Source: Priapulus caudatus (taxonomy: Eukaryota). From it: 32,626 bases of DNA. This document shows positions 1 through 11,255 of this stretch, piece by piece (position 1 is the stretch's first letter; each line of letters starts with the position of its first letter). The position numbers were made by a program, and so were the translations under genes. The stretch spans positions 164,990 to 197,615 of the forward strand of contig NW_014577082.1 of NCBI RefSeq assembly GCF_000485595.1, in the 5' to 3' direction. Under the pieces are notes generated by a model that was given only the letters and a program-made list of their open reading frames with translations, had not been told where the DNA came from and made no database searches.

Positions 1-1160
1 ATACCCGAAATACACAGCACGTAACAATCTGCCATTAGACATTATCGCAACGATAAGAGATTTATTGCTGTAATGTGCAAACTCCATTTCGTATCAAAAA
101 ACTCGCATAAAACGTAGTACTTAATGTTGTGTTATTCATGATATTTCCGCTGTCAGTGACAGATATTCACGCTTTAATTGGGGATTTTTCTGACAAAAAT
201 CACTTGACAATAACGTTTCTAAGCGCGAAAAAATACATTTCACAGTATCAGTCAGGTAACACGGGTAAAAGATGTCTATCACTGTTTTTACGTGCAGTAA
301 AAAAACAATATATAATAATATATGAGAAGTATCTGATTACTGAATAAATATATAAGAAGAAATAATTATATATAGAAATCTCTGAATTGTATGGATTATA
401 AGTACAATATATATAATATTAACTAATAAAAAGAACAATTATAACAATATTTTAAGGTCTGTGACAAATGTGAAAAATAAGTTTAAAAAATTGACCGTCA
501 AAGGTTAGCCTAATACATAAATAAAAATAATTCTAATTGTAAAACGGGTATTAATTTTAAGTTGATATAATCAAACTTAGTAATTAAAATAAGTTATAAA
601 AATCAGATCAATTAAATATGAATATGTTTTGAGTGAAGCGTTTTACCTCTCAAATCAAGCACGGTAAAAACGCCCATAGCAATCTTAACACCGAACCTAT
701 TAGACCCACATTATCATTCAAAAAACCTCAATATCTGAACGTTAACAGAGACAATTGAAAGTCAAATTCTAGTAGACACGTTTTTATATTTTTGTACAAT
801 GAACGGCAAAATAAAGCGACTTCATTACAAACAATTAAATAACCAACAAATAATTTTTTAAATAGGGTATAGTTAGGACACAAGCAACCATAAACAGGAG
901 TTCACGCGCACTACGATTGTATCAACACAATCGCGTGATTTGGAGGAATACAATAGCAGAAGCTGCTGGACCATAGGTACGCAACGCGTATGCAATCCTG
1001 CGCTCTAACAAAGGTTCACTACGCACGATATATTTCACGTTTATAACCGTAGCAACAGAGCGCTTTACAATTAGCCCAGACGCTCTGCGCCTGTACCTTC
1101 TGATACGGCAAATCAAATTCAACCCAGAAGCCACCAGCTAATGCCTTGATCCACTTTGGA

Positions 1161-1231
1161 AATAATAATAATAGTAATAATAAAATAATAGTGATGATAA
1201 TTATGTTGATAATAATAATAATAGTATTATT

Positions 1232-1271
<40 letters not shown>

Positions 1272-1332
1272 GTAATACTACTGCTAATAATAATAATAAT
1301 AATAATAAAATAATAATAATAATAATAATAAT
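1161..1332. repeat. (AAT)n microsatellite, imperfect
   Basis: Long run of AAT units with scattered AGT/GAT/GGT variants. Confidence 0.95.
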
Positions 1333-1418
1333 GACAACTCGTTATCAGCGCATGGAGAACGAGCTGCGCGTGCAGCGGTCGGTGATTAATCGTGGCTGCG
1401 CGTCTCGTGTGTTGACAG

Positions 1419-1513
1419 GACGAGGTGATCGTCTATCTGCTGAGTAAAGACACCGGCGGTCTGTACACTGATGATGTCGACGTTCACGCGCTTCCCGACC
1501 ACGGAATCCTAAG
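1419..1513 (+). CDS. Probable internal coding exon of an unidentified gene (95 nt, phase 0 to phase 2): DEVIVYLLSKDTGGLYTDDVDVHALPDHGIL(S/R)
   Basis: Acceptor tctcgtgtgttgacag|G and strong donor AAG|GTAAGC. The frame is open, with GC3-rich codons and protein-like composition, and it sits between two low-complexity tracts. No family recognised. Confidence 0.65.
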
Positions 1514-1599
1514 GTAAGCTGCTATATATATACCTGCCATGCAGCGCGCGCGGTGCGCTATCTGTGTCGAGCTGTGAGAGGATGCGCGCGAAGCAGTGC

Positions 1600-1968
1600 G
1601 GGGGAGAGGGAGTGAGTGAGAGGGGGAGAGAGGAGCAGGGAGAGAGATAGAGATAGCGGAAGAAAGGGGGAGAAGTGGGGGGAGCGAGGGAAAGAGAGAG
1701 GGGCATGGAGAGAGATAGAGATAGAGAGAGGAGAAGAAAGGGAGAGAAGTAGGAGGGGGAGCGAGACAGAGAGAGAGAGAGAGTGAGTGAAGCGGCGATG
1801 AAGAGGAAGAGGGAGTGTGAGATAGAAGAGGGCGCGAGACAGCGAGAGAGAGAGGGGGGTTAAGGAAAAGAAAGTAGGGAGAGAGGGACAGCGAAGAGGA
1901 GAGAGAATAAGAAATAAAGAAAGAAAGAGAATTATGGAAGAGAAATAAAAAGGTAGAGCGGAAAGAGA
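1600..1968. repeat. Degenerate GA/purine-rich low-complexity tract
   Basis: Almost all A/G with (GA)n stretches; source of the spurious minus-strand ORF 1484..1999. Confidence 0.9.
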
Positions 1969-2091
1969 GCAGGCACCCTCTAGCGACGTTGAGCTGCATG
2001 GAGATCGGCTAGCTCTATCTATTTAGGACTTATTGGGATTTCACAGGCAATTGCTATCGATTATCATCTGGAGGTTGTTCCGTGTGTTAGT

Positions 2092-2112
2092 GGGTTAGGG
2101 TTAGGGTTAGGG
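2092..2112 (+). repeat. Short telomere-like repeat GGG(TTAGGG)3
   Basis: gggttagggttagggttaggg read directly. Confidence 0.75.
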
Positions 2113-2764
2113 TTGTTCAGCAATCGTAGATAAGGCATGTAGTATCTCTGTCTATCCCCTCCCGCCATTCCCCCTCTTTTTCTCTCACTCACTCTCTTCC
2201 TTTCATTCTTCCTCTCTCCCTCTCTCACTTCTGCTAATTTGATATGTACAGGTGTAGCAATGGTAATGCTCTACTGACATATTTTTGGTAAACACTTCAC
2301 ATGCGTGTACGATCGGGTTCCTTTCTAAATTAATACTGTTTAACAATTTACGAAGGAAAACATAGCAGACTAGAATAGGCCGCTTATTAGTATATATACC
2401 GTACATAAATACATAATGACATCTGCGTGCCTTGTTCAGGGAACACATCGTTAATACGTACTTGTTACCCGTGTGACGTTGAATATTTTATTGCCGCTGG
2501 TCGATATGCGTTCACTAGAACAGATTGTTGGTCGATATTAAACCTCAGACATGGAAATTGTGAATTCGTCGCTTCAACCCATTTTCTAAATTCCGCTAAT
2601 TCCGTGTTTCAAAGTCTCAATAGCTTCTGATTGTCTAAGAATGAAAATAGTTGTAATTTACTCATTAAATAAGTTCATTCGGTTGGTAGACTAATGTAAA
2701 TAACAGGGTTAATTTTTACTCAACCGTGAAAGTTTGAAACGTGCCGCTGACGTTTCGCCTCCTC

Positions 2765-3061
2765 GCAAAGCACCGTACACCCAAGTCGTTCACAAGAGCC
2801 CAACGAAAACAGTCGGCTACCGAAATAACCAAATCCGCGATCACTGACCACGTAGCGAAGGACAATCACACCATCGATTGGGAGAATTCGAAGATCATCG
2901 ATCGCGAGCCAATCGAAATTAGGCGTTGGATTAAGGAGGCCATCTGGATCCGCAAGACCCCGAACATCAACCGGGACGAAGGGGGATACAGGCTTAGTCA
3001 CGTATGGACTAAGCTATTGACCACCACACCATTAATGCATCTGGTGGTCAAAACTGATTAA
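2765..3061 (+). pseudogene. C-terminal fragment of PLE GIY-YIG endonuclease (no RT, no true start)
   Basis: KSAITDHVAKDNHTIDWENSKIIDRE...RRWIKEAIWIRKTPNINRDEGGYRLSHVW matches the typical PLE endonuclease end SAIxxH...HxIDW...RxxKEAIxI...NRDxG. The listed ORF start (2741) lies inside the inverted repeat and is artefactual. Confidence 0.88.
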
Positions 3062-3070
3062 CATCAGTTT

Positions 3071-3109
3071 GCTATGAGAAAGCCTCCTGGCAGGAGGCGA
3101 AACGTCAGC
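3071..3109 (+). ncRNA. Minimal type I hammerhead ribozyme motif (PLE-associated, core variant)
   Basis: GCT-ATGAGAA-A-GCCTCCT-ggc-AGGAGGC-GAAAC-GTC-AGC. Stem I GCT/AGC, 7-bp stem II, GAAA core, palindromic ACGT stem III, predicted cleavage after GUC at 3106. Core positions 3/8 are A/A rather than C/G or U/A. Confidence 0.72.
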
Positions 3110-3291
3110 GGTACGTTTCAAACTTGCACGGTTGAGTAAAAATTAACCCTGTTATTTATATTTATAGTTGTAATTTAATTAGGCACTGCAAATAATTTAT
3201 TATATCTCTTTACAAACGGTTTAGTGTTTGTCGCGAGTGCATGTGCACATTGGCTTTCTTTGCCGTGCAATTACGAGGGTATAATGCCAGG

Positions 3292-3323
3292 CGCACACGT
3301 GAGTTATTTTACTCACGTGTGCG
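3292..3323. other. Perfect 13-bp hairpin
   Basis: CGCACACGTGAGT-tatttt-ACTCACGTGTGCG. Confidence 0.8.
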
Positions 3324-4296
3324 GCGGATTCTCGTTGAGTAATTTGACTAAGTTAGCTTAGTCTAAATTAGACTAATTTTAGGAATAAATTTCGTATATA
3401 GATTTTCCGTAAGCGAATGATGACAGATCGTAATTTAAATTTTCAGCCAGGGGCCCTATATAATAGTGCGATGGGATATTTGAACTTTTTCTCTACATAG
3501 TGTTGTTTCATGCACTTCATGACATATCATATATCAACTGCTGGACTCTTTTCTCCGTTATGAGGTATCATACACAACAGCACGTACACTATTCTAGCAA
3601 AGCACCATCTAGCAAACACTATCTAACAATAACAGGATAAATCTCGATAGCAATACAACGGGACACTATAGGTTGGCGTATATGCGCGGTGTACGAAGCC
3701 ACAATATAGAGTCAGCGTGAGAGGCGACGAGGAGTGAAACAGCATCGTGGCGTCATTAGCGACGGCTGTGTAAACACAACAGCTCGTCGCGCCCTCTATA
3801 GAACCCGTCGCGACCACAGGCACTTGCGCCGCCTCGATGATAAAATCATAGTCGATAAACACGAATTGTATTCACTATCACAGACCTAATGTTTATGTAC
3901 ATCGCCCGATAATTTCACGTAAAAGCCCCACGTCAATTGCGCCCCTATACAACACACACTCTCATCGGACGCACGCCACTGTGCACAGCACCAGCACAGC
4001 CGAGTTGATTGGAGCCTCTCATGGAGCGTTCACACCCCCTCCTGGAGTGAGCACTGTCTTCCGTTTAGCAGCCGACTCAACGCGCTGGCCGTCTCGACAG
4101 CCAGCACTTGTACGTCGGCCGAGTGCCACTCTGAAATTACTCAGATTCAATAGATATTTGCCAGCGATCCCGGTCTTTACGCGAGCAAATAGTGACGCGT
4201 GAATTAATGCCATCTCGAAATGGCGGCGCCAGTGTCGCGCGTCTGTTGTGATAGCGCATCCGCATTAGCGTGCGGAGCTATCAATATGTCACGGTG

Positions 4297-4321
4297 ATAT
4301 ATATATGTATATATATATATA
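4297..4321. repeat. (TA)n microsatellite
   Basis: Direct read. Confidence 0.9.
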
Positions 4322-5040
4322 TTCTATTATATCGGCTCGTGTAAGTATACGGCCCGCTTAATTTCCTACTCTGTCAGAGTGCATCCATTTAGCGTTCGTT
4401 GTGACTTTCGACGGACTGGTGCACGGATTGTCATGCCGACTGCGGGTCGATCGGACGAAGAAGTGATATATCGCGAACGTTCTCGTCTGCTCTCCACAAG
4501 CCTAGCTGACCGGCCAGACCCAACTACGTGCTTACAATGACGAGTGCTGTAGCCCTGTGACACTGACAAATTACGTGGTTCCTAGTAGAGGTGAAGCCAC
4601 TTATCTCTGTATCTGTATTAATAAAGCCAGAATTACGTAACGAATCTGCGACGCTGTATATCGGCTTTATCCTGATGGGAGTCTGAACAAGCTACAATCT
4701 CTACTCTACGAGACTGATTTGCTACAATCCACAAGATGATTTCGGAGGTTTCAAACCCTTCGAAATACAACAATAACCGCCGCATCCTCCGCATCGCATT
4801 ACCACGTATAGTCAATTAACGTGCTCTGTGAGGCAGGTCGGCGCGCGTCCAGTGTAAAATTTAGGTCTGTAAAGTCTTCTTTTTTCACGGCAGCCACTAG
4901 ACTTAGCTTAAACCCAATGGCGTCTTCAATGAAAAAGCGGTCGTTCACTGAAAAAGCGAGATGATCATGAACAAAGTGAAAAAGATTTGAACCCCTAATC
5001 ATCTAACGACGAGACGTCAAAGTCTCCAATGTTCCAAGTC

Positions 5041-5078
5041 TCTAACTCTACTCTACTCTACTCTCTACTCTACTCTAA
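5041..5078. repeat. (CTCTA)n pentanucleotide microsatellite
   Basis: tctaactctactctactctactctctactctactctaa. Confidence 0.85.
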
Positions 5079-5190
5079 CCCAAGCCTACTCTAATGTGCT
5101 CTTACATCAAGATGACACTATATCTAGTTTATATTGAGTTTAATCTGATGACATTACGAATGTCTGAAATACACCTGATATGCATGACAT

Positions 5191-5828
5191 CAGGAGTGTA
5201 TCAAAAGGAGTAAGACTGACTAAAACCGGCAAAATTCAACATTTAGTAGCCTTAGTCTACCTATGATTTATTGTGTTTACCTCGATAAACTTGAGCTCAA
5301 GTATTGCCTTAATCATTAAACTTTATCCGTGTCTAATCGTTGGTCTCATAAAAATGACAAATCCGGAGATATCGGTTCAAACGTACAATGTGGTTTTATC
5401 AATTTACATCGCATTGTTATGATCTGTGAACCGAAACATAAGGGCAATGCTTTTGAAAGCCCTCTATCGCTTAGCAATGCAAACATAGCAAAGAACTAGC
5501 GAGGTTTGCTAGGGATTTCGGAAAGTTAAACACGACGTGGTGTTATTGATACTATTTACATTAGAAATAAAAAATTTCACATGTTTAGTATTTTTATCCA
5601 TTTTATTTGTTTTTAACAATATTGTTCATAACATGTAATTACTGTCATTCGACATGGCCTATAATAACAACAAGGCGTGTTTAACTTTCCGAAATCCCTA
5701 GCAAACCTCGCTAGTTCTTTGCTATGTTTGCATTGCTAAGCGATAGAGGGCTTTCAAAAGCATTGCCCTTATGTTTCGGTTCACAGATCATAACAATGCG
5801 ATGTAAATTGATAAAACCACATTGTACG
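5191..5828. mobile_element. Long-TIR foldback/MITE-like DNA element: complete left TIR, spacer and inner part of right TIR
   Basis: Perfect 153-bp inverted repeat 5382-5534 / 5676-5828 around an AT-rich spacer. The left arm starts CAGGAGTGTATCAAAAGGAG at 5191, and its reverse complement resumes at 9753-9955. Confidence 0.85.
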
Positions 5829-7109
5829 GTAGCAACAAGGTCTCATCGCTTCAGGCGGTAGAACTATTCGCATGGTCGTTGTGGCTGGAAGCGCGACGAA
5901 CCGAATGCCCGGGACGTGCGGTATTGACAGAAAGAAAAAGCAAATTGCTGCGCTTGGCTTGCGGGATAATTCTCGTCGTAACGGACGTTTAAGTGAAGTT
6001 TGTTAGGGCATCGGCTGAGAAATTGATCGCGAGAATATTTAAGATTTTTTATGCCATTATTGAATGAACCCACGACTATCAGTATCCGCTAACTTTTAGT
6101 ATAGTTGCTTATATTAGCCAGGCGACGTCAAAAATGCCAAATGAGAAAAAGCTCTTCGGTAATTTCGGGATTCTAAATTTGTGTGTTTTTTAGAACTAAG
6201 TTTCTGGTACTCGCTTCATGTACAGAGTTAGGTATGCGCACGCAGTGCGTTGGTTGTTGCCGAAGCAAGAACGTGGAGTCTGTGGTATATATTCACTGTG
6301 TCTAGGTGAATTAGGTCTGGTGTTAGCTAGAACACTGCCGTGTATTTTAGCAGCTCAGCCTTGACATCAGGTTCGTTGTCCGAATGTTCGGTCGTACCGT
6401 ACGCGTGCGCGTCAAGCCTATTATGCTACGGTTCAACGATAACTCAGTGAACCGTTTGAGGCCAACTATGTGTTGTGAAATTGGGTATAGTTGTTAGATT
6501 GCTATGGCTCCATATTAAACGTACCTATTTGGAGCACCGGCCAGTCAACGTACTTTCGGAGTCCGCGGTATTCATTTTTGCCGAAAAATGGAATTAGGCG
6601 CATTAGTCAGTTTACAGGTCAGACGGATTTAGCCATATTTGGTAGTGAGATGAATAAGGGGTAGGGGTTTTTGATATGTAAAAAAAAAATATGGCATATT
6701 TAGGCTAGGGTTTGGCAATTATATAGCATATTGAGTCAGATAGACAGCGATATGGTTGCTCAATTAAAAAACTGACTTCTTCATCACTCACTCATCTTGT
6801 GTTCCTTTTTTTGTGGTCTGAGGCTCAGATAGATCAATTAGATCAGCTATTCAGTTTTTTGTTTTACGGGTCAGCATATAATGCGATGGCTAGGGTAAGG
6901 CCAAAATTGATCGTTGACCCGCCTGGTGCAGCAAATGCTGGCGATACAGCCGTGTATATCAGCGGCTAGGTATAATCAGCCAGGGTAAACGATAGTTCTG
7001 TAGGGCATGAGCGAAGGGGCGTTATAGTTTGTTCTAGAGGCTACGGCTAAACCGCATCTACAGTAAGATTTGATCTACAGCGGGGACTTACATTACACGG
7101 TGCGTTTAA

Positions 7110-7997
7110 GGCAGCGCGCTACATCTGCCTCTTTCACCACCATTAGTTCGTTGCTCGTCCAGGCATTTTGCCCGGTCGGCTTGGGACAATCTTTTGTGGG
7201 CCGTTTGCCGCGTCACAGCGACACGATCTCCACCACTTGAGGGGCCAGCCGTGTGCTGTTGACGCAATTTTTCGGTTGCCACCAGAAAGTGTTGTGAGTA
7301 TTTAAGCCCATTCATGATCTAGGTTAATCAATAAAGGAAAATATATCAATTTTAATCGAACATTATGCCTAGGTTACTATGGGCCTAGGGCCGCTTATAA
7401 TTTGTATAGAATTATAAATGTCAATTGCTAACGGTGGCACCAGAAGACAATGGATGCACTAGTACGCCGCTATAGATATAACGGGAAACAGACCGTTTGG
7501 TTCGAATGTGGGTGAATATTGCGTTTTGAGTACTCTGTTGCTGGTAATTCGATGAGCTATGAATGTTCAAAAAAGACGAGGGCCTGCTCACTCCATAAAT
7601 CTATTGTAATTCGCCTTCTAACTCGGTGGTCGCAAGTGCGATAAATTGGCCGCGCATTTTGAAAGTCCATGTGACAGGAGCAGCGCACTAATTTTTGATT
7701 GGTCTGAGAGTGATTTTCGTTGCGCGATTGCCGTGGTGGTTTGCGCGGCACACTTCAACCAAACAAGTTGCCAACCTAAAGCGGGCAGATTTTCGTGGTG
7801 AGCAAAATCAAAACCGGGTTTAGATTCTCGGGCAAGGTCTGCGTAGTCACCGACTTCAAAATTTCCGTGGTTGCAAGTGGTACCGGTGACCGAAAACGGC
7901 CCCCGGCCACACTTTGTGCCGACATTATGTTGTGGCGACCACGAAAATTGGCCTGTACGAGCAAGGGCGAAAATGGTGGAAGTGATGCTGCATAGCT
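7110..7997 (-). mobile_element. PIF/Harbinger-like non-autonomous element, long form (noisy copy A)
   Basis: Same termini and interior as 12708-13488. MADF remnant at ~7523-7657 (IDLWSE is visible in ORF 7557..7751). Confidence 0.65.
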
Positions 7998-8033
7998 TTA
8001 ATGAAACCCGTGCCAACTTACATAAACGCTTAA

Positions 8034-8373
8034 AGCTATGCAGCACACTTCACGCATTTTCGTTGCTCCGTAGCAGGCAATATTCGTGGGATTACGCCAC
8101 CAAAAATGGCCAGTGTGGGCGGGGCGCGGCACGACCACATCACAGCACGGAAATTTAGTGGATGAACTGGACGAGTTCCGAGAATCAAACCGTTATGATT
8201 TCTCACCACGAAAATTGCTCGTGGTGCAACGTTGTGGTGAAGTGTGCCTGTGACGGCGGCAACGGCCACAAAAAATTGCGCGACCACGAAAAAACAAAAA
8301 AACTTTTTTGGCCGCCATGTAAACGAATGGGCAACTGGAAGAGAAAAATGGTGAATGTGATGGCTGCATAGCT
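8034..8373 (+). mobile_element. Short MITE form of the same family (noisy copy A)
   Basis: taa|AGCTATGCAGCACACTTCAC ... GCATAGCT|tta. Confidence 0.65.
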
Positions 8374-9726
8374 TTAGCAAATGGGTCACCTACGTAACAC
8401 TTAGCATAATTACGATCAGCGATAAAGACTTACGTAGACGCCCTGGCATAACACGTACGAATAGCACCGTACTAATAATACCAATATACATAAAGCACAT
8501 AGAGCATAATACGCTGTAGCATAATAGCGCTACATAAGCACCTGGTTCCAACAATATGCGTAACAATAGAGAGACACCAAGGGCTACCAATACAATATAT
8601 GAGCTCTTGGATTAAGCTCCATAAGTATAAGGCACCTAGCATAACACCTACATAACAACTATATATACAGCCTACATAGTAATAAGCATCGATAACATAA
8701 CACTGTTACATAGACACTAATAACACCTACATAAAACAATCAGGAGGCGGAATATGTAAATAAGGAACGTATTTCGGTGGGTTTATAAGATACGACACGG
8801 CATGCATCGCACGCGCACGCACAGCACACAACACCACAGCACATAGCCACCTTCCACACACACCACACACAAGCACTACACACACGAGGTTTCACATATA
8901 TATATTATAACATATAGTTGTATATAATAAAACTCGCCTATAGGTAATAGTGGTTTGTTATTGTGTAGCTGGCGTTAACGCTCTGTCGTTGCCTCTGTAA
9001 TATTTTTTTAAAACAGAATGTAACCGATGCGTAGTACTTAAAGGAACAGTAGCCTCTAAATTTTACTGCATACACTGTACTTACTAGTATAAGCAAATCG
9101 TTCCATACCGTCACCGTTATTTGTGTAGCCAGAGTACTAATTTAATTGTTATAATTACATTGGCACAATGCAACGGCTAGGCGAAAATTTGGAAGACGTA
9201 AAGTAACGGTCCGTAAGCCAGGAAAGGGTCTGGTGCGGCCGATGAACGATCCCGTGACCGTGCTGCCACCAGGGACCGAAAAAAGTTGCGTAGTTTGACC
9301 AATTTATTTCGCAACGTTACAGACGGAGGGCTTAATCAGCAAAACTGCAATTGTATTTATACCTAAATGCTATTTTAACTGAACGATATTCATTTTCGGG
9401 AAGAAATTATCCATAATTAATAACGTGAAACTATACTCTGCGTTTATAAAGATTTATTACAATCCTTTTTGGGCTTTTAAAATGAATAATACAGAAACGA
9501 CCTCGGTCTGTAGCCCATTGCTGAGAAACGTGGTTTTGCGCAACTTCTGCAGATAGTGCCGCATTTGATTGGCGCCAGCTCCCGGTCGTTGTATCAAAAC
9601 CTTGTAGTCGTGTAGTAATTTTAAAACATTAAAAAAAAGTAGTAAAAGTAAACTCTCAGCATTATAAACAAATGCGGTAGTATACTTAAGTCAATGCGTA
9701 TGTAGTTAACATGAGTAGAGTACTTA

Positions 9727-9751
9727 NNNNNNNNNNNNNNNNNNNNNNNNN
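9727..9751. other. Assembly gap, 25 N
   Basis: Counted 25 N. Confidence 0.99.
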
Positions 9752-9752
9752 G

Positions 9753-9955
9753 CGTTTGAAACGCGATAATCTCCGCGATTTGTCATTTTTATGAGACCAA
9801 CGATTAGCACACGGATAAAGTTTAATGAATTCCAGGCATACTTGAGCCAAAGTTTATCGAGGTAAAACACAATAAATCATAGGTAGACTAAGGCTACTAA
9901 AATGTTGAATTTTGGCCGGTTTAGTCTGTCTTAAGCTCCTTTTGATACACTCCTG
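9753..9955. mobile_element. Outer part of the right TIR of the foldback element (noisy)
   Basis: Reverse complement of 5191-5383; ends GATACACTCCTG followed by ATAACAT. Confidence 0.85.
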
Positions 9956-10546
9956 ATAACATAACGTGCGCAAATATATTTAGGACAACAAAGACGATCT
10001 CATACATTTTCAAAAGCCGTCACCATATGTTGGTAATGTCTGCTGACTAGTTTTATGATTTATATCAGCAGGGTTAGTATCCTGATACTCGACGCTAACC
10101 GGCATTGTGATCATAGCATTATAGATTGCTTGACCGTGTTGTGTACGCACATTCTTTCCATTCCTGAGTTGAAACTACTTTGTTGATATGTAATCGTAGC
10201 AGTCGTATTTCGATTGGTCGTGCGCGCTGGCTATGCGCATACAAAGTAAACCTTTCGTCTGGTTATTAAAGGCATCATAGCGTGAGTGCACTGTGTGTGC
10301 GATGTCGCAAAGACTCCGCCGACTCGTTGACTTTCAGTGTCGAAGTGTGTACGTGTGGCTCAACTGGCAACGGTCCACTTTAGGTGTTTTGTGAGTTTAA
10401 GTGATTCGGGGCAGACAGTATAAGCCTGGCGCGATACGAGCAAAGCTGAACTGCGGACATGAATCACGGGACGATCGCGTCCCTTCGCATGGCGAAATGG
10501 CACCGAGCTTGCTGATGTAATACTAATGAGACATATTCGGCCGCAG

Positions 10547-10612
10547 CAAGGGGTTTACCTCGCCAGCGTGGAGACGCCCCGTGCCTCGCCTGCATGTCGA
10601 GGCGCTGGACAC
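10547..10612 (+). other. Noisy duplicate of the candidate exon at 20903-20968
   Basis: Same sequence with indels; donor reads gataagc. Confidence 0.5.
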
Positions 10613-11046
10613 GATAAGCCACACGCTCGCTGCTGATACTTCTAATATCGTAATGCGTGGACTATTTAGATCTCATTTCGCCGATAATGTCCTAAGATTG
10701 AATGCTCACTCTTCGCTCGCGGCGTTGGCCGTCGCCTTCGTGCAGTAAAGCCGGCGGGGATTGGAGCTGGCGCAATCGCAGGCGAAGCGCTGGCGACCAA
10801 CGTAATCGATTATTCCGCCGAAGACCCGCGTCAGGAGATTTGAATTTTTATTATTTATATAATCCGTGGCTGCTAGCACGCTCAGACTGCACCCGAAGCG
10901 CTACAAGGCAGGCGGAGCAGTATTGGATTCGGCCGGTGGCGAAGAGGTGACGTTGGGGAGGCGAGAGCGAGCGCCGTAGTCTCATCCTTTGCCGGTCCAG
11001 ATATGGTTAGCACAACTGACTGGGCGCTGTGCAAGCCCCGTCACCG

Positions 11047-11255
11047 ACAGACAGATGCGATAGATAGATAGACCCAGATCGGCCAGATGCGACAGACAGA
11101 TAGACAGACAGACAGATGATATAAACTAGGATTAGATAGATAGAATAGATAGATAGATAGATAGATAGATACGACTAGATAGATAGATAGATCGATAGAT
11201 GAGAATAGATAGATAGATCTAGATACGATAGATAGATAGATAAGATAGATAAGGA
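11047..11255. repeat. (AGAT)n/(AGAC)n microsatellite, noisy copy
   Basis: Direct read; equivalent to 21358-21506. Confidence 0.9.

Larger units (their letters stand above)
2661..3163 (+). mobile_element. 5'-truncated Penelope-like retroelement (PLE) with inverted terminal copy
   Basis: GIY-YIG C-terminal fragment and hammerhead motif. 71-bp inverted repeat 2693-2763 / 3092-3162 (3 mismatches). 14-bp direct repeat ATAGTTGTAATTTA at 2647-2660 and 3164-3177. Confidence 0.88.
5829..9726 (+). repeat. Noisy partial copy (A) of the locus at ~21719-25240
   Basis: Collinear with 11481-14650 and 21719-25240, differing mainly by single-base insertions; ends at a 25-N gap. Confidence 0.9.

Noticed and set aside
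1..1150. AT-rich stretch with short ORFs
   Set aside because: No recognisable structure or coding signal; may include low-quality sequence.
1419..1513. Assignment of the exon to a GT32 DxD glycosyltransferase
   Set aside because: Spacing differs from DxxRxxxLxxxGGxYxDxD and the Arg is absent; the resemblance is too weak to name.
2720..3001. 93-aa minus-strand ORF
   Set aside because: Antisense shadow of the PLE endonuclease fragment.
4378..4740. Possible exon after ctctgtcag and a short protein-like frame (CDAVYRLYPDGSLNKL)
   Set aside because: No good donor site, early stops and no recognisable family.
10547..10612. Real tandem exon duplication / mutually exclusive exon
   Set aside because: Differences are read-type indels, and the flanking introns are duplicated with the same error pattern.
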